Below the pieces are notes generated by a model, which had not been told where the DNA came from, searched no databases, and saw only the letters and a list, made by a program, of their open reading frames with translations. Both the position numbers and the translations under genes were made by a program. A stretch of 64,000 nt of DNA, taken from Styela clava. Taxonomy: Eukaryota. Location of the stretch: the NCBI RefSeq assembly GCF_964204865.1, contig NC_135251.1, forward strand, positions 17,732,001 through 17,796,000, given 5' to 3'. Position 1 is the first letter of the stretch; each line of letters begins with the position of its first letter. This document shows positions 37,130 to 50,235 of this stretch, piece by piece.

Positions 37130-37350
37130 CACTTTGAGAATCCCTCCACGCACAGGATGCCAGTAGATAGGCCTATTTATGTACAACAGGAGCGTGGGCG
37201 TATTCGCAACATATTTCTCAGACTTGGGGATTCCCCGGTTAGATGTGAGGGGAACTTTTTACGTTCATTTTGCCGATCACGTGGTAAGTGCGTGAAAAAC
37301 TGTGCGTCGACGTTACGTCGTAGCTCTCGTTGTCAGGTACCGGTAAGTCT
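37130..37350. promoter_or_regulatory. Putative divergent promoter between the RLR cluster and LCMT1, with an NF-kB site
   Basis: CpG/GC-richer segment between head-to-head genes; GGGGATTCCCC at 37226-37236; second kB-like ggggaacttt near 37249; plus-strand splice-donor-like cggtaagt near 37341. Confidence 0.5.
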
Positions 37351-37782
37351 CAAAGCAGGAAGGGCCATTTGCTAAAAATTTTGTTCGTTGAATTGTAAAT
37401 TAGTAAAATTTCCCTTTTTCAGTACACAACGGTCTGACGGTACTATCCGTACAATCTGACAATACAGAACTACCGGTACCGGTACACTTTTCATAACACA
37501 ATGATTGCACATTTGATTATTCGGTCTGTGTTATTTTTCACATTTCATTTCAACTACTTGTTCAGGTTCCTTGCTGCATTGAGAGCTGCAGTCATTTTAC
37601 AATTTAGGCAATTCTTAGCTCTTTTTACTCAGTAATTGATTTTATTTACTGGCCTTTTTCACTCCTGACTTACATCATGTCTCAGTCTCGATGATTGTAT
37701 GTGTGTGCGTGCGTGCCTTAATTAGTTTTAATACTTTTGGGTAAGCGAACACGTACTATTACTTTCATCAATTCCCACTTCT

Positions 37783-37927
37783 CCCCTTCCCACCTAAAAT
37801 CTGTACGCTTTAAACCTTACTTGAGGTTTCGTTTGCTTTCCCGATTCTATAATCAGTTTTATTTATTTTGTTTTTATCAATTATTTTATCGTCTATTTCT
37901 GATTATGGAGTCGAGATAAACTTACTA
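37783..37927 (+). repeat. Dispersed ~150-bp repeat (probable LINE 3' end), copy 2
   Basis: High similarity to 50077-50235 and to the reverse complement of 13745-13895. Confidence 0.65.
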
Positions 37928-39163
37928 ATTACAGTTTATATATTCCATCCTAATCCTATCCCGTGCAGTATGCAATTTTGCAATTGTAACCCTACCGTAA
38001 CAAGCTTATACACAAAACCTTCTGACCTCATTTGTATTTCTACTGTGTTATCTTTCATTCCTCACCTATGATTGCATTTTGCCATTCTCGTCTTTACCAT
38101 ATTATTCTGATCTGAATTTATACAGCTGTAGCCATTGCTGCATTGAGGTTTTTTCTGCTGCCATAAAATATTAGCCCAAGCGCAGTTTCGCAGAAGCGGG
38201 AATAAAAGATTTGATATACTAATATATAGGGTTTCAAATTGATTTTAAAGTTTCAAATTTATTTTAAACTTTGAAATGAACAAATTTGACTTGAAAGTTC
38301 GAGTTGATATTGGAAATTCAATTTGGAAATAAGTTACAAGATAAAAAGAATAGATTTTAATATTTGCCGATTTGAATGACATATTAGAAAATTAAAAATG
38401 GGAATAAATAATTAGATGGTTAAGAGCTGGAGTCACTAGAATTTCTGGTAGCTCCAGCTCCATGTAATATGGTAAGCTTGGCTCCAGCTCCATTAGTTCC
38501 GGCTCCGCAGCCCTTTTTTCAATTACTGAATGAAAAGAAGTATTATGTATTCATGGATATCAGAAAAATTGCACGCTTCGATGAAGAGCTACCATATATT
38601 TCATTTAGATGCAGGAAATAATGTAATATAATATGACAATTGGCTCAGTGCCAACTGATTACTTTAAGATGAATGGACATATAATGATAACGAATGTCAA
38701 AACCAAAAATGGAAATAAAGGAAATTTTTTTTATCTGATCAAGCGATCAGATATCAATATTATCCAAGCACAGCAAATTACAGAATTACACCATTATCTA
38801 GGACCCAGTACTGCAGTATGTATTGTTTAATCTACATTCTACACTTCATGACTTGATACAGTAATATTAGTTATGCCTTGTTTACGGGAGTTAAATATAT
38901 ATGCCTATTCTGTGTGTCAAGAAACAATATTTTTTATTCACATGGGATGTATTTTTTCGGATTTCGAAATGAAATTCGTTGTGATTTTCATGTTATTATC
39001 TTTAGTTCCTTGGTTTCTGCAACCTGATGTAGCAAGCAGGTTTTGGTATAATATGTGACACAAACTTGTACCTTGTTTTCAAATATCAATTGCATTGTGT
39101 ATAAAGGAGATACAAGGCCTAATTTTCATTTACATTAACAGTCTAAGCCAGTAGTATTATAAT

Positions 39164-40111
39164 ATGAGCAGCGATTCAGATCTTGCTACTCAAGCGACCT
39201 GTAATGATGCTTCAACGTGTAAAAGATACGCTGTTCAGAAAGGATATTGGAATGATCCATATATATCGCATATGGTAAAAAGTGTGGGATCTCGTAAACC
39301 TCCAGAGATAAACCGAGGATATTATGCGAGAGTAGAATCAGTGTGGATACTGATTAAAAAATTTATTCATGCTACTGAAAGAAAGTGCCAAATTGTTAGT
39401 TTAGGTGCCGGCTTGGACACTACGTTCTGGAGACTTTGTGGAGAAGAATTAAGTCCTATTCGATATATTGAACTCGACTTTCCTAATGTCACAATGCGTA
39501 AAGTTCAAACTATCAAATCGAAAACTTTATTAACACAAGCCTTTAACACATCAGAAAACGATACAAAGATTGAAACATCAAGCATTATTTCAAATAAATA
39601 TTCCTTACTTCCTGCGGATTTGCGTGACATAGAACTTGTTGAAAAACAGCTAAAACTAGCTCAAATTGATTTTACTATACCTACTCTCTTTCTCACTGAG
39701 TGTGTTCTTGTGTACATGTCATCCAAAAATTCGAATGCTATCTTGAAATGGGTGACAACCAATTTTGAAAACTGTATGTTTGTCAATTACGAACAGGTCA
39801 ATATGAACGATCGTTTTGGACATGTTATGATTGAAAACTTGAAATCTCGTGACTGTGACATCCCTGGTGTTGATGTATGTGAAAGCCTTGAATCTCAGCG
39901 AAAACGATTTCAAGAAAATGGCTGGGATCAAGTAAATTGTATTACTATGTGGTCTGTGTATTCTATTTTACCACAATCTGATGTTCAGAGAATGGAACGT
40001 CTTGAGTTCATGGATGAACAAGAACTTCTTGAACAGTTATTGACTCATTATTGCTTATGTTGGGCAACAAAGGCGGGTGAGAGTTTCAACTTGAAAGAAA
40101 TTGAACTCTGA
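39164..40111 (+). CDS. LCMT1: Leucine carboxyl methyltransferase 1 (PP2A C-subunit methyltransferase), single-exon CDS
   Basis: 315 aa; QATCNDASTCKRYAVQKGYWNDPY, PPEINRGYYARV, SAM-binding QIVSLGAGLDT, TECVLVYM, YEQVNMNDRFGHVM, LEFMDEQE; acceptor AG at 39140-39141. Confidence 0.96.
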   Translation: MSSDSDLATQATCNDASTCKRYAVQKGYWNDPYISHMVKSVGSRKPPEINRGYYARVESVWILIKKFIHATERKCQIVSLGAGLDTTFWRLCGEELSPIRYIELDFPNVTMRKVQTIKSKTLLTQAFNTSENDTKIETSSIISNKYSLLPADLRDIELVEKQLKLAQIDFTIPTLFLTECVLVYMSSKNSNAILKWVTTNFENCMFVNYEQVNMNDRFGHVMIENLKSRDCDIPGVDVCESLESQRKRFQENGWDQVNCITMWSVYSILPQSDVQRMERLEFMDEQELLEQLLTHYCLCWATKAGESFNLKEIEL

Positions 40112-40885
40112 TATTGAGAGTACTTGTATTTTATGGTCATGTTTAAAAAATATTGTCAAAGAAAATTAATTGACTTTGAAATCATGGATGTTTCATTTAC
40201 ATTCAAGCATTAATATGTTTATTTCACTTAAAGTGCACTAATCATAGATGACAACAATTTGATAATTTATGAATATATACCTGATTTAGGTAGAGTTGCC
40301 AACTTGACAAATTTGAACATAGTATAGATTCATAATATGTTTGCTACAACTTACAAGTACATTTGATTTCCCTTCACTTGTGTTCCATCATATGCTAACA
40401 AATAAACTGTGTTCCACTATTCCTGTGATATACTGTCAATTGATAATATGTGTGATATCATTTGATAATGTAAACCATTCACTTACGTGTATTGTATAGG
40501 ATTATCATTAATGTATTACTATCTGTTTAATATATCTTCTTTTTCTTTGTATCGAAGCATTAAATGAATGACGTGGACTTAAGTGTTCTAGAGTGATGTG
40601 TTATTTTCACTGTTATATCAAAGTCAATCAAAGATGGATCCTGACTTATGATTTACAAATGAAGATTGAATTGGTACGTTAATTAGTTTGTAGGTATTTA
40701 CTTCAAAGTTGTAATCAGTATTAATAATAAATGATAAAAAATTCTATACACATTGATCAACTTATAAAAATTTCATATTTAATTGGTGTTAAGTTTATTT
40801 TAAAAGAACGTGAGCAAAAAACAAATTACTCCTTGAGAGTCCTTACATAATTATGATACGAAACTGAATGTCTTTTAGGTAAAGC

Positions 40886-41200
40886 TAAGATCTGAAGCCC
40901 GACCCGACCCCAAATTCGGGCCGGGTCGGGCTTCTCCATTGCTGACTTTTTTTTTAATTAAATATATGTTTATGAAAAATATTTACTATAACTGTGTGTG
41001 GATACTAAACTAAAGAATACTTGTTATAACATAAATATTATTATTATTGCTCGTAAGAACTCCTAAATAAAATATGAAATTTTGGGTTTGCTTTGGGCTC
41101 GGGCCTGCAAATTCAGTTAATTAGTCGGGCTGAGTCGGGTTTAATACCCATGGGCCTGGGTCGGGCCGGGCTGGAATTTTTGGGCCCGATTTTACCTCCA
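40886..41200. mobile_element. MITE with cccga/tcggg subterminal repeats (hAT/Ac-like)
   Basis: GC-rich ends made of repeated gcccgacccg / gtcgggc around an AT-rich core; no clean TSD. Confidence 0.5.
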
Positions 41201-42468
41201 CATTTAAGGTACAATATGTTCCTTTGTGCGAGTTACTTGTGTTTGCATATGGTTATGTCCTATCATAAAATATAATTTATCCAGAGGTGTGGTTTCGTAA
41301 GTACGTTGACAAATACGGTACCAATTATAAGTGTAAACATTACTCAAATATTCTCATCAAACTCCCCCATGAAGAATTTCATGAAGTCTGACATTCAGAA
41401 TCTTTGGTCATGCTTGGGAGTTATCTTATTTGAACAAAATTAGATTAGGCATATTTTAGAATAGTGTGTAGCGGTTTTATATTATATAGAAAAAATGCCT
41501 AATCGATTTTACCCTCTGGTGTCCTAATCAAATTTACATAATATCTCCGGCAAACTAAAATTAGTACATGCTTACGTTTACGTCATTGTTTGCTATTCTG
41601 TTATTGAGATAAAATGTTTACATAAAGTGAAAACTCCCGTTGTTGAGAGATCAGGATTTTCGCACCCCTTTTGAACAAACAAATACTCAACGCAACATTT
41701 ATTGTCTTTTTTTATTTGTTGTAATAATTAGACATTTAATGCTGGGTAGTTATTCATATTTTTTTTTTAGATAATCATGTGCTGTTTTCGTGTGTGGAAA
41801 AATTTGTGGAACATCCCCTATATAACAGCTTACCAATATTCGTAATGAAATGGTAAGTGTATTAGTGTATTATTTCATTATTACCAACACATTTCTATGC
41901 TATAATTCTAGTAGTTTGAGTGGCTCATGGCTATTCTGTGACCTGTAAATTTGAATTAGTCACTTCTACATTTTGTTGAGTGTGTGTGACCTTTGTCTTA
42001 AGCCAATTAGCTCAAAAAAATTATTCTACTTGATAGCATTGAACTAATTGATTATGAGTCTGTGGGGGATATTTATGTAAGAAAGGATTGCAGGACCCCT
42101 AGCTGCCGTAAGGGTGTTTCACATTAACGCTGGTTGGTTGTCGTTTTCTTCACAACCAGGCGTGCATCAGAAACAACAGGTTAACTATTCCCATACAGGA
42201 CATGGACTGGTTGATCCCATTTGTTGATTCATGATATTGGTGTGTTGCTCATATCATTTTATACATAAATTATTTATACTATGTCATCCAGATAAGGTTT
42301 GATATCAACAACAATCAAAATGATAATATGTGTGTGAGAATGAAATGTCAAATAGATGATTTTCAGATTCATTTATCAATCAGTGAGTGTTGAGAATTAG
42401 ACTAGTTAGTATGAAGCAATTTCTTGAATTCAACAAAGTTTTTGGTATGACTTCCTTGCACTCTAGCT

Positions 42469-42880
42469 CAGTGTTCTTCAACTTTTTTACTGAAGTATAC
42501 CTTTCACAACTTTGCATACCTTACAAATACTAATGTTTATTTAAGGCATGAATAAACATTAAATTTTAAGCACAGACTACAATATCATCATGCAATCTAA
42601 TGGGCTAATGTCCACATGTTGTAAACGGTGTAAATTTGACTGACAGCCCTATCGTCAACAGGAATAATGTTCAAGTAACTCAAGCGTCGTGCATGCCCAC
42701 GGCAACCAAAATCATTAACCCAGACACTGCCTGCATTATCTATATAATTTGTGATGTAACAATGTGCTAGAGTTGGTTCTTTGGGTAAATGACATTTTAT
42801 ATTTCATGTGTGCCGCATTTTGCATTGTTGTCTCCAATTGAATATTTTATAATTTATTATACTATAGTTTAGAACCCCTG
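42469..42880. mobile_element. Degenerate hAT-type MITE
   Basis: Ends cagtgttcttcaac / gtttagaacccctg resemble the other hAT TIRs; TSD not conserved. Confidence 0.4.
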
Positions 42881-43644
42881 ACTTAGGCAAATACAGTGCC
42901 AAGCATCACAACAGCCAGAGCTGTGGTGTATCAGGGAAATTTGACAATCGACCCCTGATTCCGAGTTGGAAAAAAATTTGACTCCATCTTGGTCAAAAAC
43001 TTTTTTACATTGGTTTCTGACCCTTAGAAGCTACTAACTCTAAGAAAAGCAAATCTCTGTTAAAAGTATTATTACCATTAAAGGTATGGGATTTCGAACT
43101 TCAGGAATTCAATATTTCGAACCTTGGCAATTTGAAAATAAGATTGCCACTTCAGAGAAAACATGCAAAACCCAGAATCTATAACCATGGCTAAAGTGTA
43201 TTTAAACCACAAGATAGCGGTAGTGACTCAGGAGATATGATTGTATAAGCAATAACGAATTTGATGAAGCTCTCTATGTTTTTGTAAATGAAGTAGAAGT
43301 TTTTGTATATATAATACAACAGATTGACTGTCTACTCACATATGTCATCATTATCTGTGAAAATACACCACCTATATGATTGGCTGTACAAAGTGTACAC
43401 CCGTAAATATATGGTACAACCCATGTTTTCATACTTTTTTGGTAAGTACTTTAATTTCGAAAAAAATGGTTACAATGGAACTTCCCCCGACTTTTGACCC
43501 CCGGGAAATTCTTCTCATACTTTACCGTTGTAAACTTTTCGGTGCTTATTTTGAGAATAGTTTGGAAATTTGGAATTTTTCATTATACCGCTACTGCTAC
43601 ACCGCGATTACGTTTTTTTTTTTTTTTTCAAGGTTAGGACTTAG

Positions 43645-44215
43645 GAGAGCCGACTTTTTTAGCGTATAATAATTTTTCTGCCATGTGAAATAGTCAATCC
43701 ATGACATCTACGAGAATATACAATGTCTTTCTATATTAATTCAACTGTGTTCAACGTAACTCGCGGCGATGTCGACTTACCGCAAAATAACAGCATTGAT
43801 AAATACCACGACAATCAGCGAAGATAAAATCTGAGAAAAACTTCCGGATAATATTTAGATTTGGTAGGTATTTTTTGCGATCTTGCCAATTCGTCATCGC
43901 CGTTCTCGAGATCCGCTATGAAATCCCAGAGTATGCGATTTAATTCAGTACACTGAAAATACACAAAGTATATTAGTATGTCGAAAATACTTCTGAAACA
44001 ACCGCAGCAATTACGCCCCTCGTTCAAAGAGCCGACTTTTTCAACTGATAATAATCATTTTTTTTGCGCAATGTACCGTAATCAATCCGAATAAAGCATA
44101 TTTATAATGTAGTGTTATTAGTTTAATTGTGTTCAATTTAACCCGCGGTTTCTTCGACTAAATAAAAGCATTACTCTGAAATACTGGGGCAATTTGCAAA
44201 CATAAAAATGTGTGG
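43645..44215. repeat. Diverged direct repeat with a period of ~385 bp
   Basis: agagccgacttttt...ataat...tcaatcc and tgtgttcaa..taac.cgcgg...tcgact recur at about 43646/44029 and 43746/44128. Confidence 0.55.
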
Positions 44216-46350
44216 CCGCCAGGTGCTTGATTATTATATTTTATGCGCGGCGGTGTGGCTCATCGTGCTCGCCACCACACCTCTCACACAAATGTTCAAA
44301 AAAGGGGGTTCGACTTATTCTAAACAATTAGTTGCTAAAAACACTAAATAGGTTTGAAGCCGTTATAAATAAATTGGTAGAGCTGGGCGAATCTTTTCAT
44401 GTTCATAATTTAGTGGCAAAGATCATTTAACCTTACTATGATACCATACCGTTTTTTCCGAATTACGTCGAAACGCTTATCCTAAGATTTTCAGACCGCA
44501 GAAACGACTTGAAAAGGATAACTATATTTTTTGCGTTCGAGAAGAAGATATGAAGTAACCGTCAACTCCGCCACGCTTTCATGAAGTAGTGTAATTTACC
44601 GAATTTAATGGAGGTTTTATTAAGTTACACTGCAGCTGTGTTTGAACACCACGCGTCGACCACACCATATTACTGGCGTAGTTACAAATCCCTGGGGTGG
44701 GCAAAATCAAATGTTTCTATCCAGTCGCATATTTTTAACGAATTGTCGAATATCGGAAATTTTTAAATAATTTTACAAGACGCTTTCAGAACGCTAGACA
44801 TTCTAAAGTTAATAATTTACGTTTCCGCTCGTCACAAGTACCAATTCTTGCGCAACTGCTGACGCCCAAGTTTTTTTTATTGCTTGCTATAATTCAGGAT
44901 TTTAATCTGATTTTTATCTTTTGTGCGGGATTTGATATCACCCATCCCTGTGTGTAAATTAAACGTCCCATTTGTAAGATAACAGTTTTATAATTACTGA
45001 CGCCTGAATGCGGATATTTATGAAGACGATAGTTGTCCATCTTATGTTACTTTTCTGTTGTGTCGGTGTTATTTTCGTATCACATGATAAATAAAAACTC
45101 TGCGAAGTCGTTATTCCGTGAATCCTGGATGTTATTTTGAGTTCAAATGATGATTAAATGAACCGGCAATAATAGCAATTCTTCTTGTCAAAATAATATT
45201 TCCTTGTTCAAATTCAAGAAAAACTTTACGAAATAACTTGTTATCTTGTTCGACATTCCTGAATTTGCGAAACGGTGTTGGTGCAGGTTATGCAAAACTA
45301 AGAATTGAATCGATACCCGAGTTTCGTGTCAGACCAAAACGGTCTAGGCTAGGTCACGTGGTACTGGATATCTGATAGTAAATGACATTCTATTATTTAA
45401 GTGATAGTGACACCGAAAAGTCATTGTAACGTACAATCTGCAACACGTCGCCATGTTTCTTGGTTTTTATCAAATTTCGCTTGTCCCCCAAAAGTTATGG
45501 CGAATGTCCACCTCTGCTTGTCCAAGCAACATTGTCAATCCAATTTCTATTTTAAACATGCAATTAATTGTACCAATTTGTGTACCTATGGATCGTTTTT
45601 ATATTATGCTGTTGTTGTTGTTCATCTGATCAGTCATTCTTTTCTTCTTCTTCTTCTTGTGAAAAAATCGCTTTTCTTATTAACTACTAGACCAGGGGTG
45701 GGCAACATACGGCCCGCGACGAGCTTTTGTTCGGCCCGCTGACTGTATCCAACCATGGCTTTTCTTATGGCGGAGCCGCGTGGAATTAAGGCCTGAGATC
45801 TCGTAAAGTAAGGTAGTATACCAGGAAATTTATTGGTAAATATGTTTATACGGCCGTATTCATATACACTGTCGAAATAGATATTATATGCAGTATTCGG
45901 TCAAATTTATAATTGGCCACAGCCCACAAGTGCGAACATGTGCGTGACATCGTATATTAAATCCAAAGTGGGATATGCGACCAGAGGGTGGTTTCTGATC
46001 GATTTTTAAGGATTGTGGAAATGCCTGAATGACGTGCGATTGCATTTTGTTGATTAACCGATCTAATTCAGTGTGATCCGTAACGTTGGGCTCTGAGCAT
46101 CTTCACGCCGTTATTTATCTTGCTTAATTTCCCGCTGCAAACTTACCGCATTTCAGAATTGCAAGCATTTTGTTCAAGAAGTTGTTTTTTTCCGTATTGT
46201 AAAATATATAAAATGAAACGAAAAATACCTTTAGTTTCCTTAGGCGGTTGACAGATTAAAAGCTCTTTTTCAGTTGATAAATTTGCCCTTGTGAACTATA
46301 CCACATAGTCACTGAATTCCTGCACTATGCCTGCGATATACCTTTTATGA

Positions 46351-46928
46351 CAGGGGTGTGCAACCTTCGAAGGATCGAAAACCTTTGAAACGCTTGTAAT
46401 AATATTTGTATAATTTAGGTTAATTTAATGCATTGCTTGAAGAAGTAACTACCGAATATGGCGCACATATCCTAGCGCCACCGTAAACGTTTTGATTTGA
46501 AACATTGCAGCCCTGTGCGACACTTCAAAAAATTATCTGGCACGATTGTTTCCCGCGGGTTTATACAATGTGTTGCTAGCGAAATTCTGTGAGAAGACAA
46601 TGATGCGATAAAAAATAAATATAAAATTTTGAATTTCATGTATGTGTGCTCATATGCTCTGAATTATAATCGAATTCAGTGAGAAACGCGTTTTTATAAC
46701 ATTGGGCATTTCGTAACATGATTTTGCTAGCTTGTTTTAGTAATATGACCGTGGCACTCAGATATTAATATAGGCTTTGTGAAAGAGAGAAAGATTAAAA
46801 TTGCTCCCACGCACCAAATTAAATGATCTAAAACACCATTCAAGATTAAATGGGAACACTATTCAAAATTGGCGCTTCTTCGCGAGCCCTACAAATTTTC
46901 TAATCGAGCTGCAGTTTGCACATCCCTG
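46351..46928. mobile_element. Nested hAT-type MITE
   Basis: TIR caggggtgtgcaa / ttgcacatccctg; TSD ttttatga vs ttttaggt (6/8). Confidence 0.65.
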
Positions 46929-47665
46929 TTTTAGGTTAAGGCGAAACTATCGTCGGGGACATATGCAGCTTTTACTCTGGTTATTATAAAATAAAAGATA
47001 ATTAATGTAATGCATATTCAGTCAATTTTTAATGTACTAAAATATATAGTAGTTTTTTATATTTTATCCGAGACGTAGGGATTTTTCTTGAAAAATAAAA
47101 AAATAATAGGAGTGGCAGAGCGGAGTCAGTGTTGTGAGAACATATATATCGCGAGGATTTCAAGGCGAATAATATTTATTTTGAACCTCTTTTGAAAATC
47201 CTGGCTATGGCCTGATTAAGATAAAGTACGTTGAAGCAATTTATTAATTGTACCAATATAAATTTGGGTAGACTTTGGAATTTTATCGTAGATCTTGGGA
47301 TTTTTTTAACAGTGATATCTTATAAATATAATCACAACTGGCTGTCAATACAGTTGAAACTCTGCCTACGAAATTAATTCGTTTCGGAAGCCCCTTCGCA
47401 AGTAAAATATTCTGTAAGTAAGGACGCAGTTTACATATAAATGCCATAATTGTTCTAAGCCTACACAAAACTCGGACGTAACATTTGTATAAATTATAAT
47501 ACTGGGTAAACCCGTAACAATTACATGTTAGAATTAAATTACCACATATTAAATAGAAAATGTGCACATAGGAAAAATAGTGAAATACCAAATAAAGACC
47601 GTGGCGTAGAGAGTGAGAGGGTGTCGGTCCGAGTTTTTATTATTATTTCATTTTAGTCACTAAAC

Positions 47666-48298
47666 CCGTGGTTTTCAAAGTGGGCGTCGCGACGCCCAAG
47701 TGCGTCGTTTCAATTTTGCTAGGGCGTGGCGAAACCCTCCACCTTTTGCGAAATAGTACCAGTTTTGCGGTGCGTAGAATAAGTCTAAATATTTACTTCA
47801 GGATCGGAAACACTACCAACGGCTCGAAAATTCCGAAATGTTTAAATGTCCATAAAACATGTCACACAGACCATGTAAAAATACCCTCACACGCAGAAGT
47901 ACATCGTGGATTGACTTCGAGTTCAGCTCAACGCGAAGAGATTTTGGAAAAATGGCGACGAGCCTCTGCAATCCACAAACGTGTCGATAAATTTCCTTCA
48001 CTCCTGTCGTATTTGATAAACGCATTGCATTGAGCTTTGGTCAGATTGTAGGTCATGAATGACTACATCGATCTTACCTGTGATGGTGCAATAAAAAGAA
48101 AGTTTAATTCTGATAATTTAAAGAGGTTTTGGATTTCCTTGCATAAAGGTTATCCTTCCTTGGTTAAAAAAGCGTCGCGTACTCTCACCCCCTTTACGAC
48201 TTCGTATCTATGTTAAGCAAGCTTAAGCTTAAGCTTAAGCGCAACTTAAGCAAATTTTTTAAAGGGCGTCGATATACAAAGAAGTTTGAGAACCACTG
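47666..48298 (+). mobile_element. Nested hAT/Charlie deletion derivative with a transposase C-terminal remnant
   Basis: TIR ccgtggttttcaaa / tttgagaaccactg; about 48120-48225 translates RFWISLHKGYPSLVKKASRTLTPFTTSYLC*AS (hAT dimerisation-domain pattern with a stop). Confidence 0.75.
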
Positions 48299-48370
48299 CA
48301 CTATTGCTAAACCATTTGTTGATTAAGTTAAACGCAAATATTATTACCCGATCATTGTCATAATCAAATG

Positions 48371-48607
48371 GGTACTCCCGAAGTATGTGAACAAAGATGG
48401 CGGACACCGGAACTTAGTATGTGTACCAGGTCAGGGTTGGGCCATGATTTCAGGTATAAATACTACGGGAGTCACTTGACTAGTCCCGGAACTCATAATA
48501 GAACAAAAACGAGGACAATTTGGAATAAAATTGTGGCCTAACTCTAACCTGGTACACATACTACGTTCGGGTGTCCGCCTTCTTGGTGCACATACTTCTG
48601 GGGCGCC
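48371..48607. mobile_element. Foldback MITE with GG...CC ends and ~8-bp TSD (Merlin-like)
   Basis: ~80-bp imperfect TIRs; flanks atcaaatg / atcaaata; an inverted homologue lies at 62072-62290. Confidence 0.75.
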
Positions 48608-50076
48608 ATCAAATAAGTGAACCCGATTCCATCCGTCAATGATGGAGAATTAAGACCGGAAATCGTGTTTTATTATTCGATTCAGTGCTGTTATAAATAT
48701 TTCATGTCAGCAGTTATGATTTCATTTTTGATTGCCATCAACGACGTCGGGAAAACGATGAAACTCGCAATAGATACTAAATAATATTTAAGAGCTATTC
48801 CACACGCTCTAAATTAAACGGAAATGAAAACTTTCCCGTAATGTCCGGTCACTATCGAAATTGAGGATGAAAACGATTAATTGCGACACAATTTGCTTTT
48901 AGAATTATTGTCGAGGCGCACAAACTATCTCGACTAAATTTAAATATACGATAATATTTTCGTATATTATTCGTAAAATATTTTCGAACAAAAACATCCT
49001 CGACGTGTTATAAGCAATTCAAGTCAGCGCTAATTTAAATCTTTTCTTGTGGCTCTAATTTATTGCCGTGCGTACACGGCTGCCTTCGATTACATTTTCA
49101 TCTTCTTCTCGAGAACGACGCTACTTAGAGACTTGAAATTTACATCACATGCAGATAATAAGTCCCCATCATAAATTGCAGACTTAATGCATGACTGATC
49201 ACGGCTTCATGCTCCAGTGCACATAGCATAATTTTCAGTTTTTTTCGCATTTCTCAATTACTATTGAATATTAAGAACTTGGCATTTGAGGTCGGTTGGC
49301 TGCATTACGCGGGAAGCCTGTTAAAGCTGCAAGCAGCTCTAGTAGTAAAATGTTTTTAATCGGAACGTGGACCGCGGTGCTAGGAAATGTGCGCTTATAA
49401 ACTCGGGAAAACGATATTCGAAGGTCGCGATATTTGAATCGGACATCCCCGATTTAAGCACTGCATTAAATTAATTTCAAATGATACTACACGCGGTATT
49501 CAAGTTTTCGACTTTCCGTATGTTGGTAATCTGGGAAGATCCGACTAGTTTACGAGTGGCGTAATTTGGCGAATGTTTCAGGGCCCATTACACGGAAATT
49601 TCCGAATTTTGATCTCCCCACCCCTTTGAAAATCTTGGCTGTGTCGCTAAAAGTGTGTATTGTAACGTGAGTCTGCGCGACCCTTTTTTATGACATTTTG
49701 TGCCGGGATAATATGCCAAATTTAGGTTAATCATGCTTAAGATAAGTATTTCGCAAGTCTTCATACACGGAAATTATAGGAGAATCCATCGTCTGAAAAT
49801 CAGTCGATTCTTACTATTACCGATTTTTATTAAGATCCTCATTAGCTAAATCATTGAGCTGAAGTTACAAACTTTCCATTACTATCAAATATACCACGTA
49901 TCGTGCTTCGAATCATTAGGATTTTACAAAGTATGGTTGTCACTTCACCCATAAATTCCTATGCATTCGCCGACAATAAATGCGTCGGAACAGAAGATCA
50001 GTCAAGCGTTTACTATCTGCAGCATAACAATGGTAAGACAATGGTCATTTTGATCGTACTACTTCTTTTATCAATA

Positions 50077-50235
50077 CCTTTCCATCTAAAATCTGTACGT
50101 TTCAAACCTTACTCTAGGTTTTGTTCGCTTTCCCGATTCTATAATCAGTAACTTTTACTATTGTTTTTATCTATTTTTTTTATCGTCTATTGCTGATTAT
50201 GGAGTCGAAATAAACTTATACTATTAAAACTTATA
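50077..50235 (+). repeat. Dispersed ~150-bp repeat (probable LINE 3' end), copy 3
   Basis: Matches 37783-37927; ends in aataaacttatactattaaaacttata. Confidence 0.65.
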
